The notes under the pieces are model-generated. The model was not told where the DNA came from. It worked only from the letters and a program-made list of their open reading frames with translations, and did no database searches. Below, one piece after another: positions 29,549 through 38,948 of a stretch of DNA of 64,000 bases. The position numbers were made by a program, and so were the translations under genes. How positions within the stretch are numbered: the stretch's first letter is position 1; the number at the start of each line of letters is the position of its first letter. Source of the DNA: an uncultured virus (IMG/VR IMGVR_UViG_3300046008_001858) (Duplodnaviria > Heunggongvirae > Uroviricota > Caudoviricetes); IMG/VR virus record IMGVR_UViG_3300046008_001858; one strand, written 5' to 3'.

Positions 29549-29917
29549 TTAAATTGGACGTTTAGGACTTATAAACATTCCAAATAACATATTGAAAAAT
29601 CCATTAACAACAGTTTTTCTCATATCATCTGCTGAATCATAAAGAACTTCATTAAAAAATGAATATGCTGTAATAAAAAGACAAGAAAACGCAAATACTA
29701 AATGCATATAGACATTTACTTTAAAATCTGATATAATACCAGATAGCAAAAGAGTGTATATGAAAATATATACAACTACATTTGGGAATTGCCCCGTCAA
29801 GAACGATCCTACAAATGTTTCTTTGCTACCTAGTAACAAATATTTAAATCTAAATTTCATACAAAGCTTTTTCAAACTCACCAAAATAGTATTCCTACTA
29901 AACATTATTTCTGACAT
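29549..29917 (-). CDS. Membrane protein
   Basis: AAGGAGG RBS; hydrophobic. Confidence 0.65.
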   Translation of the reverse strand: MSEIMFSRNTILVSLKKLCMKFRFKYLLLGSKETFVGSFLTGQFPNVVVYIFIYTLLLSGIISDFKVNVYMHLVFAFSCLFITAYSFFNEVLYDSADDMRKTVVNGFFNMLFGMFISPKRPI

Positions 29918-30089
29918 AACTTACCTCCTTAACTGGGCAAACAGCACTCTATTCGGTATTTTCAATATATTAATATTTAAATCAAAAGATAAAAATTCAT
30001 TAAACGCCTTGAAGAATAGATTATTAAGTTATATTTAGATTTAAGCTTAAATTTGATATAATTAAATAAATAAAAAACACAAAAAGGAT

Positions 30090-30383
30090 TTGAAAATGGA
30101 AAACTTAGTTATGCTTAAATTAGATTTCGGCCTTAGAAATGCATTTGGAGAAGAAATTATTGTTTTAACACAAGCGCAATATGATACATTGAACAATAAT
30201 ATTGGAACAGAAATTTATATTGGTGAATGGGAAGGAAAGCATTCTGAAGTTTCTGGAACAATTGAAAAAGAAGACTTTAAAGTTATTGAATGTAGTCAAG
30301 AATTTAAAATTGAATTTTTGAAACTTTTTAAAAATGGTTTTGGTTTACCAATTTTTAATGCTTTTGAAGAATCTATAAAGTAA
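30090..30383 (+). CDS. Hypothetical protein
   Basis: AAGGA RBS; GEWEGKHSEVSG motif. Confidence 0.75.
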   Translation: MKMENLVMLKLDFGLRNAFGEEIIVLTQAQYDTLNNNIGTEIYIGEWEGKHSEVSGTIEKEDFKVIECSQEFKIEFLKLFKNGFGLPIFNAFEESIK

Positions 30384-30394
30384 AAAATAATTTT

Positions 30395-30607
30395 ATGACA
30401 AAAGTTGAACAATTAAGTTTATTTGAAAAGTTAAGTGATTCCAGATATACTGATAAACTTATAAAAGCATTGGACATTAAACTTTCATCTAAATCATTTT
30501 GGAAAGAAGATGAAATTAGATACATAGAATTGCAAAAAAAACTTACAAAAGAACATAAATTGATAGAAATGAGTCATGAAAAGCTTCACCAACAATTTAC
30601 AATTTAA
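30395..30607 (+). CDS. Hypothetical protein
   Basis: Short ORF in operon. Confidence 0.6.
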   Translation: MTKVEQLSLFEKLSDSRYTDKLIKALDIKLSSKSFWKEDEIRYIELQKKLTKEHKLIEMSHEKLHQQFTI

Positions 30608-30684
30608 AATTGCTAATTTAGCTCATGGTTAGAATATAAATAATTAAAAACTCGCTGAAAAGCGTTAAAGCGAAAGGAATAAAA

Positions 30685-30885
30685 ATGGAAAATAAAATCC
30701 CAAAAGATAAAGTGATCTTAATTAATGTAGATTCAGGGTGGACAGTTGCTCGTTACAATAAAGTTGAAAATAAATTTGTTTATGCTATGCCACAAACAGA
30801 TTTATATAAAGGAGAGTGGCAAGATCATTACTTTGAAAATGAATGGATTGAAGAATCTGAAATTAAAGAATGGAAAAATCTTTAA
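30685..30885 (+). CDS. Hypothetical protein
   Basis: AAGGA RBS. Confidence 0.7.
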   Translation: MENKIPKDKVILINVDSGWTVARYNKVENKFVYAMPQTDLYKGEWQDHYFENEWIEESEIKEWKNL

Positions 30886-30898
30886 TTTCTAATTTATA

Positions 30899-31225
30899 TT
30901 AGGTATGTAATATCTTCTTACTTTTTTGAGTAAGAGATACTCTTCCTTTTTCTACTCTTAAATATCCACTTCCAATAGCATATGTATAAATTGTATCAGC
31001 AAGAGATATAGCGGCAATATCTTTTATTTTTGTTGATTGCGCAACACTTAAACAAAATTTTTCTACAGCAGAAATTTGTTCAGATTTATTAATTTTATTT
31101 TCTACTGATTTTGATAAAAGTTTAATAACTTCTATTATTAATTCGTCAGCACCTTCTCCATGATAACGTTTTTTATCTATATATTTTATATCTCTATTGT
31201 TTGCTTTAATATTTTTTGAACTCAT
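30899..31225 (-). CDS. Hypothetical protein
   Basis: AAGGAG RBS. Confidence 0.7.
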   Translation of the reverse strand: MSSKNIKANNRDIKYIDKKRYHGEGADELIIEVIKLLSKSVENKINKSEQISAVEKFCLSVAQSTKIKDIAAISLADTIYTYAIGSGYLRVEKGRVSLTQKSKKILHT

Positions 31226-31452
31226 ATTTATCTCCTTTATTAAGTAAATTATAGCTGATTATAATAATTTATTTAATAAAAATACTATAATTATCAATAA
31301 AAATACTGGACAATAAAATGAATAAAACAACATACATTCTTCTTAGAGATAAATTACTTGCCGAAGGTCATGATAAAGATTATATTTATTTTAATAGGTA
31401 TATATTTGAATAGTAAATCTATGAAATTAATAGAAAAATTATAAAAAATACT

Positions 31453-32874
31453 TTAATCTCGAAAATAATCATTAAAATAAGGATTACCATCTAAGAATTC
31501 AGCCAACCTATAGTGGCGTGGATCATCCTTATTATTTAAATAAGGATGGCGTAGCGAAAAATTAGAAGTAAATAAATAAAGTCTAATCTTCAGTACAGTT
31601 TTTCGATTTAGAAACACATTCGAACTCTCACACGAACTTCGTGCATAAATAATTCTCGAAGCGTTTATGTCTGCGTTGAGTTTTAAGCCACAACACAGAC
31701 ATAAAAACTTACTCTGCTTCCTTCTATTCTCTTTATCTATATAACTACAAGATGAGCATTCTTGAGATGTGTATGCAGGATTTATTTCTAAACATATAAT
31801 TCCATATTCTTCAGTCAATCGTTTAAATTTATCATTAATTACTTTTTTACCGTAATTTGATAATATTCTATTCATTCTTTTTGATAGTTTTGGTGATTGA
31901 AAATTTAAACGCTCAATAACTATTTCTCTTGGACTTTCTTTTTCTACTAATTGATTTAATACACGATTTACTTCATTTTTTATATAACTTTTTAATTTAT
32001 TTACTAATTTATCATAACGTTTTGATCTTACTTTCAAGCCTTGTTTCTGACGATTTTTTGCTATTTTAACTATTATTTTATCCATTTTCTCTATTGGTTC
32101 TTTAAAATTTCTTCCATACAAATTCCCTGTACTGCTTGCGAATAAATTATTTAATCCAAAATCTAAACCAATTTTATCTACTTTACTAATATATTTTAGT
32201 CTTTGCTCATCGATACTTAATTTTTTATAATCTTTTTCTTCCTTTATAAAGCATACACTCAAATTATTGTCACTATCAATATTTATTTGACTAAATCTCT
32301 TTTGTATTCCTTTTCCTTCTTCGTAATATCCATTACTTACTATCGGTATTAATATTGGTTTTCCAGCTTCTAATGTTGATAACTTTATCCAGTAATCATA
32401 TTTACCTTGAACACTATCTGCTATTTTTGCAACTTTCTCATCGAGATTCATATTAATTTTACTAAGATTTGGCTTTCTTTTTATTAAATGTTTCATTATT
32501 TTTCTATATAGTTTTTGTGTTTCTTCAGGAAATTTAGTTTTATCATAACTACGATTAATTTGATAAAGTTCTTTTCTTCGTTCATCTGATAATTTTGATT
32601 TTGTTATTGTATCTCTGAATTCATTTTTCTTGTTTGAATAATAACTTTCTAACAACCCTACAACTTGGTATTGACAAGTTTGTAAATATCGTGCTGATAG
32701 TTTTGAAGAGATATTTATTTTTGATTGTTTATTGAATTTATTTGTTAAATTAAAATTGTGCCACTGTGCTTTTGCTAATTTTTTTGCTGCTTTTCTATAC
32801 TCTTTTAATACAGCTTTTACTTTTGCTGTTTTATTTTTATTTTCTTCTGATTTTATCTTATATGTCTTTATCAT
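31453..32874 (-). CDS. tnpB: RNA-guided endonuclease TnpB family (473 aa)
   Basis: RuvC-I IGLDFGL, RuvC-II VIERL, YTSQECSSC/CLCC zinc ribbon, RuvC-III NADINAS. Confidence 0.92.
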   Translation of the reverse strand: MIKTYKIKSEENKNKTAKVKAVLKEYRKAAKKLAKAQWHNFNLTNKFNKQSKINISSKLSARYLQTCQYQVVGLLESYYSNKKNEFRDTITKSKLSDERRKELYQINRSYDKTKFPEETQKLYRKIMKHLIKRKPNLSKINMNLDEKVAKIADSVQGKYDYWIKLSTLEAGKPILIPIVSNGYYEEGKGIQKRFSQINIDSDNNLSVCFIKEEKDYKKLSIDEQRLKYISKVDKIGLDFGLNNLFASSTGNLYGRNFKEPIEKMDKIIVKIAKNRQKQGLKVRSKRYDKLVNKLKSYIKNEVNRVLNQLVEKESPREIVIERLNFQSPKLSKRMNRILSNYGKKVINDKFKRLTEEYGIICLEINPAYTSQECSSCSYIDKENRRKQSKFLCLCCGLKLNADINASRIIYARSSCESSNVFLNRKTVLKIRLYLFTSNFSLRHPYLNNKDDPRHYRLAEFLDGNPYFNDYFRD

Positions 32875-32880
32875 CTTTTT

Positions 32881-32909
32881 ATTATATCTTATATACTGTA
32901 ATTTGTCAA
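32881..32909 (-). promoter_or_regulatory. tnpB2 promoter, probably leaderless
   Basis: Perfect TTGACA-17-TATAAT-6 nt-ATG; no SD. Confidence 0.85.
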
Positions 32910-33535
32910 CACTTTTTTATGTAATGTTTTTCATATTTCCCTTCGCTAAGCTCGGCCATACAGGCTACATGTTTTTTCATAATTCTTCATGATCGTTGAA
33001 TAATACCTCACGTCTTTGTAGAGATTCTGATCAATTCTTTTCAATTTATACTTTTGTAGTATGTAACAGCGGAATGAAAGCACAAATTGCAGGACCTATT
33101 TTTAATCGTATAATTGATTGTTTAAATAATGGTGGAGATATTTCTTCTGTATTTGGACATAAATTAAAAGTTAAAGCGATTAAAGAAGTTTTAGCTAATA
33201 GACATGAGTTATTTGCTTCGTTCTGTGAAACACAATTTGAAGATACAAATGCTATCCTCGATTTTTGTGAAAGTCTTCCCCATATTGGTGGAATAACTAA
33301 ATATCATCTAGCAAAAGATTTAGGATGCGATGTTGCAAAGCCAGATCGTCATTTAGTTAGAATATCCGCTAAATATGATATGACAACAGAAGAACTTTGT
33401 GAAAAACTTTCGAATGAAACTGGAGATAGTATTGCAGCTGTTGATTTTATTTTATGGCGAGCAGCTAATTTAGGAATTTTATAAAAATTTTATAAAAATA
33501 AGATATAATTTTAAAAATTAGAAAAGGAGTTATTT

Positions 33536-33949
33536 ATGAATATATACTCAAAACCAGGTGAAAAAGTAATTTTTTCTTATCCAACGGCAGGACATAAACA
33601 TGATCAAGATAAGGCTTCAAAATATTTAAAAGTAGATGAAATATATACTGTTAGTGAATTAGATGTTGGAAGTTATAATACAGATGTTTTTCTTGAAGAA
33701 TTTCCAGATATTGCTTTTAATTCTGTTCATTTTACAAATAAAGATTCAATCGAATCAAATATTGATTTTGAATCTTCTGATATAGAAATTGTTTCTAAAA
33801 TTGATTATCTAAAAGAATTAGCAACTGAACGAGGATTTATAATTAGAAGCGGAGAAAATAAGGCATTTATTTTTCAGATGGTTGCAGTAGCTGAAGGAGA
33901 TACAGAATTAGAAGCTGTGGAAAAAGCTATAGGATATATTTTTAATTAA
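33536..33949 (+). CDS. Hypothetical protein; C-terminus weakly resembles array family
   Basis: AAGGAG RBS; LKELATERGF...TELEAVEKAIGYIF. Confidence 0.75.
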   Translation: MNIYSKPGEKVIFSYPTAGHKHDQDKASKYLKVDEIYTVSELDVGSYNTDVFLEEFPDIAFNSVHFTNKDSIESNIDFESSDIEIVSKIDYLKELATERGFIIRSGENKAFIFQMVAVAEGDTELEAVEKAIGYIFN

Positions 33950-33971
33950 AATAAAATTTCATAAAATCAGT

Positions 33972-34241
33972 TCAATTAGAACTGACTTTTTTATGCATTA
34001 AACTCATAAAACAAAATTGGAATGAACAAATTGTTTCTCCGTAAGATACTCCTTCGCTATTTTCATAGCCGTTTATTTTATTTTTTAAAGCTTTTGCCAT
34101 TTTAGAAATAGCTTCTTTTTCTGTATAACCTAAATGCTTTAGAATTAAAACTGTATTATTAATTTCTTCTTGCAATCTTTTTGATTGAGAAGAAATTGCT
34201 AATTTTTTAGTATTTTTAACTGTTAACCAAGCCCATGCCAT
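33972..34241 (-). CDS. Hypothetical protein
   Basis: AAGGA RBS. Confidence 0.65.
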   Translation of the reverse strand: MAWAWLTVKNTKKLAISSQSKRLQEEINNTVLILKHLGYTEKEAISKMAKALKNKINGYENSEGVSYGETICSFQFCFMSLMHKKVSSN

Positions 34242-34253
34242 CTTTAATCCTTT

Positions 34254-34805
34254 TTAGTTTCTAGTAAATACTAGCATATTTTCATTTTCTCGGTTCAATG
34301 AGAATTTTTTAAAAGCTTTTTTATAAAAACTTTTTAATTGTTCTTCTTCTTTTAACACAGTTTGAAAAAATACAAGATCAGTTGGATCTTTATAAGACAC
34401 TAACCAGTTAATAATTTCAGAACCAAATCCTTGTCCTCTATATTCTTTATTAATGATCAAGCTATGAAGATAAATATCTCCATATTCTAGATCTTGATTA
34501 AATAAAGAAGCAACAACACTAAGATCATTTGATTCTGGATCAAATAATTCAAACAACTCTTCTGCTGATAACTCTGTATTAGATTGAAAAAATTTCATTT
34601 CTCCAACCTCTTCAAATGAAGATTCATAATCTTCTTCTGAAATAACTTCTTTGTAAAAAGTAGCAGTACTCATAATAAAATCTTCATTATCATATGAAGA
34701 ATCTGGAGTTAATAATTCTACCCATAACTCAGTATTTGTATTACAATCACATAATTTTTTAGCTTTTCCAGCTTTAAAAATCATGTTATCTTCGAAATGT
34801 TGCAT
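34254..34805 (-). CDS. GNAT-family acetyltransferase
   Basis: Acetyl-CoA motif A LIINKEYRGQGFGSEI; SFYKK. Confidence 0.75.
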   Translation of the reverse strand: MQHFEDNMIFKAGKAKKLCDCNTNTELWVELLTPDSSYDNEDFIMSTATFYKEVISEEDYESSFEEVGEMKFFQSNTELSAEELFELFDPESNDLSVVASLFNQDLEYGDIYLHSLIINKEYRGQGFGSEIINWLVSYKDPTDLVFFQTVLKEEEQLKSFYKKAFKKFSLNRENENMLVFTRN

Positions 34806-34899
34806 AGTAAACTCACCTTTGGTTCTACGAGTGAACCGTTAAAAATTTTATCTTTCGATAATGAGTTTGTTATATTGTTTTATATCTCAAAAATATTAA

Positions 34900-35112
34900 T
34901 TATCTTAAAAATTTCTTTAATAAAAATATTATTAAAAAATATAAAATTAAAATAATAGGAATTAAAAATAAATATGAAATATTATGTGTATTATTATAAT
35001 TTATAAATAAGCTCATAATAAATATTAAAGCCATAGGCCAGATAATTATTGCTATTATTAATGTCGGACTTATTTTTTCTAAGCTTCGTTTACCTGCGGT
35101 TATTTTTTTCAT
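34900..35112 (-). CDS. Small membrane protein
   Basis: GGAGG RBS; two TM segments. Confidence 0.6.
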   Translation of the reverse strand: MKKITAGKRSLEKISPTLIIAIIIWPMALIFIMSLFINYNNTHNISYLFLIPIILILYFLIIFLLKKFLR

Positions 35113-35232
35113 TAATTTTATCCTCCTATATTGATTTTAAAACTCAATAAAGTTATAGATTGTTAAGCAGTTTTAATATTATATTAATCAAATTAAAGAT
35201 ACAATTATAAAAATAATATAAATAGGAAAAAT

Positions 35233-36348
35233 ATGTTTAAAATAACAACAAGTAAAAAAAATAAACGAAAAGATGATCTTATTTTAGAACAAGAGAAAAG
35301 AATAAAAGAACTTGAAGAACAAAATAAAAGATTATTAAATGAACATAAATCATTAAAAGAAGAAAAAGAAAATCTTTTAATAAATAGTTCTAAATTAGAT
35401 TTATTTAAACAATTGGATGATAAGTTATCAGATGGTGTAAGTATTGATTTAAAATCAATGCAAAAAGGATTAGGAGTAATTGTTTCTGATTTGGAATTAA
35501 TTGAAGAAAAAAACATAAGTAATAGTAAAGAATTGGAATTGATTTCTGATATATCTAAAGATATGATTAAAACTCAAGAAACATTGTTAGATTTAACAAG
35601 TGAAAATTTTAAATCTATGAATGAATTAGATCAGATCGTATCAACAATAACAAATGTACTTTTATTTATTAAAGATATTTCTAATCAGACTAATCTATTA
35701 GCTCTAAATGCTGCAATAGAAGCAGCAAGAGCAGGAGAACATGGACGTGGATTTGCTGTTGTTGCAGATGAAGTAAGAAAACTTTCAGAAAAAACTGAAA
35801 AAGCTACTCAAGAAATTGCTATAAATATTCAATCTTTATCACAATCTTCAAAAGAGGTTTGTGAACGTTCAGAAGAAATGGAGAAAATAGCTAAAATTTC
35901 AAATAATTATTTGATTAAAATGGAAAGTCAATTTAGATTATTTGATAATGATATGAAAATTATGTCAAAAAATTCACGAAATATTTTAAATTCTGTATTT
36001 ATTTCTTTAGTTGAAATAGATCATATTATTTTTAGATTAGATGGTTATCAACATATTATTCAAAATAAAAAGTTTTCTGAAATAAAAGATCACCATAATT
36101 GTAGAATGGGTAAATGGTATGACACAGGATTAGGCAATGAACTCTTTAAAGAATATAAATCATTTAAAGATCTTATTCATCCTCATAAAAAAATCCATGA
36201 ATCAATAAAAGAGGCCGTTAAATGTGTAGAAGCAGATTCATGTATTATTGATTCAAAAAGAATTCTAAATTATTTTGATACTGCAGAAACATCCAGTCGT
36301 GAAATATTTAAGTTGTTTGAATTATTACTACTAGAGTCAAAAAAATAA
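35233..36348 (+). CDS. Cytoplasmic methyl-accepting chemotaxis protein with CZB domain (TlpD-like)
   Basis: [36 protein letters not shown] ligands [19 protein letters not shown]; no TM. Confidence 0.93.
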   Translation: MFKITTSKKNKRKDDLILEQEKRIKELEEQNKRLLNEHKSLKEEKENLLINSSKLDLFKQLDDKLSDGVSIDLKSMQKGLGVIVSDLELIEEKNISNSKELELISDISKDMIKTQETLLDLTSENFKSMNELDQIVSTITNVLLFIKDISNQTNLLALNAAIEAARAGEHGRGFAVVADEVRKLSEKTEKATQEIAINIQSLSQSSKEVCERSEEMEKIAKISNNYLIKMESQFRLFDNDMKIMSKNSRNILNSVFISLVEIDHIIFRLDGYQHIIQNKKFSEIKDHHNCRMGKWYDTGLGNELFKEYKSFKDLIHPHKKIHESIKEAVKCVEADSCIIDSKRILNYFDTAETSSREIFKLFELLLLESKK

Positions 36349-36408
36349 TTTATATTAAATTAAGAAATTTCGTGTTAAAATTATTCCATTAATACAAAAG
36401 GATTAAAA

Positions 36409-37071
36409 ATGACAGCACTACATATGGGACCATTACATTATGAGTTTTTAACAGGGTTTGTTCGAGCAAAATTAACGGATAAATATCCAGAATTAAAAGC
36501 TGAGTTTGGTCCAGAGAGAAGTTCTGAACGAGAAGGTCGTAATTTTTATCATAATGGATATGATTATGTTGAAGGAACATTAACTTCAGAATATGATTCA
36601 GAGAAAAAATGTTTTGTACATAAAGATCGAAGACGTGTAACAAAAGAAGAATTTGAAGATTTTTATAAAAATGAAATTGCTAAAAAATGTTCTATTGAAT
36701 TAGAAAGCATTAGAGATAAACTAATTCGTGAAGAAAGACGAAAAGTAAAAGAAATTATCAGAATTAGAGAAATGAATTCTCATAATAGAAATATTAAACG
36801 AACGCCAAGTTATTTTTGTTCAAAATACATGGATAAATACTATGTCTATAATGGAGGAATTCACCAAATTGTAAGAGCTAGTAAAGTTGGTCTTAATGGT
36901 ATTCATTTAAAAATTGAAAAACCATCTGGTAAGCTAACAGAATTTACTTTAGAATTATCATCTTTTGACGCTAATAGAAAATTATTTATGTCTTACGAAG
37001 AAGCAAAAGATTTTTTGCTAAATACTTGTGTTGAAGAAGGCCTAATTCCAAGAGTTATGAAAAGTAAATAA
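36409..37071 (+). CDS. Hypothetical protein
   Basis: AAGGA RBS. Confidence 0.8.
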   Translation: MTALHMGPLHYEFLTGFVRAKLTDKYPELKAEFGPERSSEREGRNFYHNGYDYVEGTLTSEYDSEKKCFVHKDRRRVTKEEFEDFYKNEIAKKCSIELESIRDKLIREERRKVKEIIRIREMNSHNRNIKRTPSYFCSKYMDKYYVYNGGIHQIVRASKVGLNGIHLKIEKPSGKLTEFTLELSSFDANRKLFMSYEEAKDFLLNTCVEEGLIPRVMKSK

Positions 37072-37086
37072 TATTAAGGAAAAACA

Positions 37087-37434
37087 ATGACCACTCCTAT
37101 GCAATATTTAAATTTTTGGTTTATAAAAAACAAACTTGAAAACAATTTTCCAAAAGAAACAACCGCTATTTTAGCGTGTACTTGTCGATCAATAGATGGT
37201 GAGATTTTAAATAGAATAAGAGGAGATAGAAGAGGAGAAATAGCGAACATAAGAGACTTATATCTAGACTATTTTTGTTCATTTCCAAATTTCAATGCTT
37301 TAGTTTTTGATTTAGGGTTTAAATTAGATGATTATTATGTTCAAGTTGTTGCGCCAATATTTGATCAAAAATTTCCGATGGAAAGATCTAAACTTCAAAA
37401 AATGTGGAATTTAAAACCAAAAGGAATTAGTTAA
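37087..37434 (+). CDS. Hypothetical protein
   Basis: AAGGA RBS. Confidence 0.7.
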   Translation: MTTPMQYLNFWFIKNKLENNFPKETTAILACTCRSIDGEILNRIRGDRRGEIANIRDLYLDYFCSFPNFNALVFDLGFKLDDYYVQVVAPIFDQKFPMERSKLQKMWNLKPKGIS

Positions 37435-38218
37435 ATATTTTTTGTAACCCATTTAAAGCACTTTCTTGTAATGAAAGGTTTGCATTTCCTTGGCATTCGA
37501 AAAGATTTATTCTAACAAAAAAAGAACCACCTATAGTTCTTTTTAAAGTTTCTGAATAATTTCTTATAAATGGTAATGCTGTCCCTGCACCAATTTCTAT
37601 AATCAATGTTTCATTTTCAATATTTTTAATAAATTCTTTAAGTTTTTTTTCTTGTAAATCATAAAAAGATGAATTCCATTGGTGATCTCCAAACATCTGA
37701 ATATTTGGCCTTAATGCGCATCCACAATCACAAATTGGAACATCTCCTGTATATTTTTCATTTTTATAAGAATTAAAACATCCTAATTCATAAAAAAGAC
37801 CATTAACTTTTGTGCACTGTAAGGTAAATAAATTGCCATGCATTTCATAAATTTTATTTGAATCGAATTCTGCTTTTTGAAACATATTATCAATGTTAGA
37901 TGTAATTATAAAATGATTTTTATCAGATACAAAATCTTTCAATAAATAAAATCCCTTATGAGGAATAGCTTTTTTGTAGAGATTAGTTCTATATCCATAA
38001 AACATCCAAGCCTCTTGTGGATCTATTCTAAACCAGCTAGGCATAGCAGAATCTTCAAATGAAATTCCCATTTCTTTAGCCATAGGAAATTCTTTCCAAA
38101 AGCCTTCTTTGCTTCTGTAATCAGGTAATCCTGAATCAACTCCCATACCTGCTCCAGTTAGTATTATTACATTTTTAAAATCTTTATTTTTAATCTTCTC
38201 TTTTAATAATCTTATCAT
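37427..38218 (-). CDS. Sir2-family NAD-dependent protein deacylase
   Basis: GAGMGVDSGLPDYR, TSNID, EMHG, Zn Cys, LRPN. Confidence 0.92.
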   Translation of the reverse strand: MIRLLKEKIKNKDFKNVIILTGAGMGVDSGLPDYRSKEGFWKEFPMAKEMGISFEDSAMPSWFRIDPQEAWMFYGYRTNLYKKAIPHKGFYLLKDFVSDKNHFIITSNIDNMFQKAEFDSNKIYEMHGNLFTLQCTKVNGLFYELGCFNSYKNEKYTGDVPICDCGCALRPNIQMFGDHQWNSSFYDLQEKKLKEFIKNIENETLIIEIGAGTALPFIRNYSETLKRTIGGSFFVRINLFECQGNANLSLQESALNGLQKIFN

Positions 38219-38236
38219 TATTTAAAATACTAATAA

Positions 38237-38536
38237 TTATCGAACAACAGAAACGTTATTAGAGTACTTTCCATGTGATTGTGAAAATGAAAGTCCTTTG
38301 TCAGCTAAAATATGACCATCTTTATCACAAAAAACATATATGGTTTGAGATATTTTTGCACCAGTATTTGTTTCTCCTAGGTCAAGAATAACTCCTTTAA
38401 TAAAAACATTTTTATCTATTTCAAATATATTATTTGTTGCTTCAACTTTATCAAAATTATCAGTAATATTATTACTTGAACAACCAATAAAAAATATTGA
38501 CGAAACCAATATGGCTGCTATTGTCTTTTTATTCAT
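38237..38536 (-). CDS. Lipoprotein
   Basis: Lipobox FIGC; AGGAG RBS. Confidence 0.75.
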   Translation of the reverse strand: MNKKTIAAILVSSIFFIGCSSNNITDNFDKVEATNNIFEIDKNVFIKGVILDLGETNTGAKISQTIYVFCDKDGHILADKGLSFSQSHGKYSNNVSVVR

Positions 38537-38611
38537 TTTAATCTCCTAACACCTATGTGTTGTTTCTTTTTTATAATTTTAACTAAAATAATCTTTTAAA
38601 TCAATTATCAA

Positions 38612-38671
38612 TAATAGCTAATATATTAGCTATTAATAGTACTTTTTATCTATAAAAGCTAATATATTAGC
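38612..38671. promoter_or_regulatory. Repeated palindromic operator-like sites
   Basis: Perfect 24-bp palindrome at 38612..38635; its 14-bp core GCTAATATATTAGC recurs at 38658..38671. Confidence 0.55.
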
Positions 38672-38948
38672 AATTACCAATATATTATTAATTAACACGA
38701 TTTTAGTGCTATTTTAATGATTAATTAACAAAATATTAGTAATTGCAATATTCGTTTAAGGTTTCGTAAAATAATTCAATTATCAATTATTTTACGGAAA
38801 AAACAATTTTTTTTATACAATTTACCTATAGGCATTTATTATTTTTTATAATAATACAAAAATATATAATTAAGTAATCATATAAGCAATATATAAGGTT
38901 CTATTTTGTATAATATGTATAGAAAAATAAGCTAAAAAAGGATTTACC

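Larger units (their letters stand above)
31397..33000 (-). mobile_element. Non-autonomous TnpB-only element 2 (1604 bp)
   Basis: Flanked by TAATA direct repeats (31392..31396, 33001..33005); excision restores host ORF. Confidence 0.75.
31318..33484 (+). pseudogene. Gene split by TnpB element 2 (5' part 31318..31396, 3' part 33006..33484); possible HhH-like DNA-binding/glycosylase fold
   Basis: Joining the parts gives a 185-aa frame MNKTTYILLRDKLLAEGHDKDYIYFN-TSRLCRDSDQFF...; LPHIGGITKYHLAK resembles an HhH motif. Confidence 0.75.

Noticed and set aside
14885..32874. Calling the TnpBs Cas12f effectors or catalytically dead TldR regulators
   Set aside because: No CRISPR array or cas1/cas2 in the window; all three RuvC acidic residues appear intact
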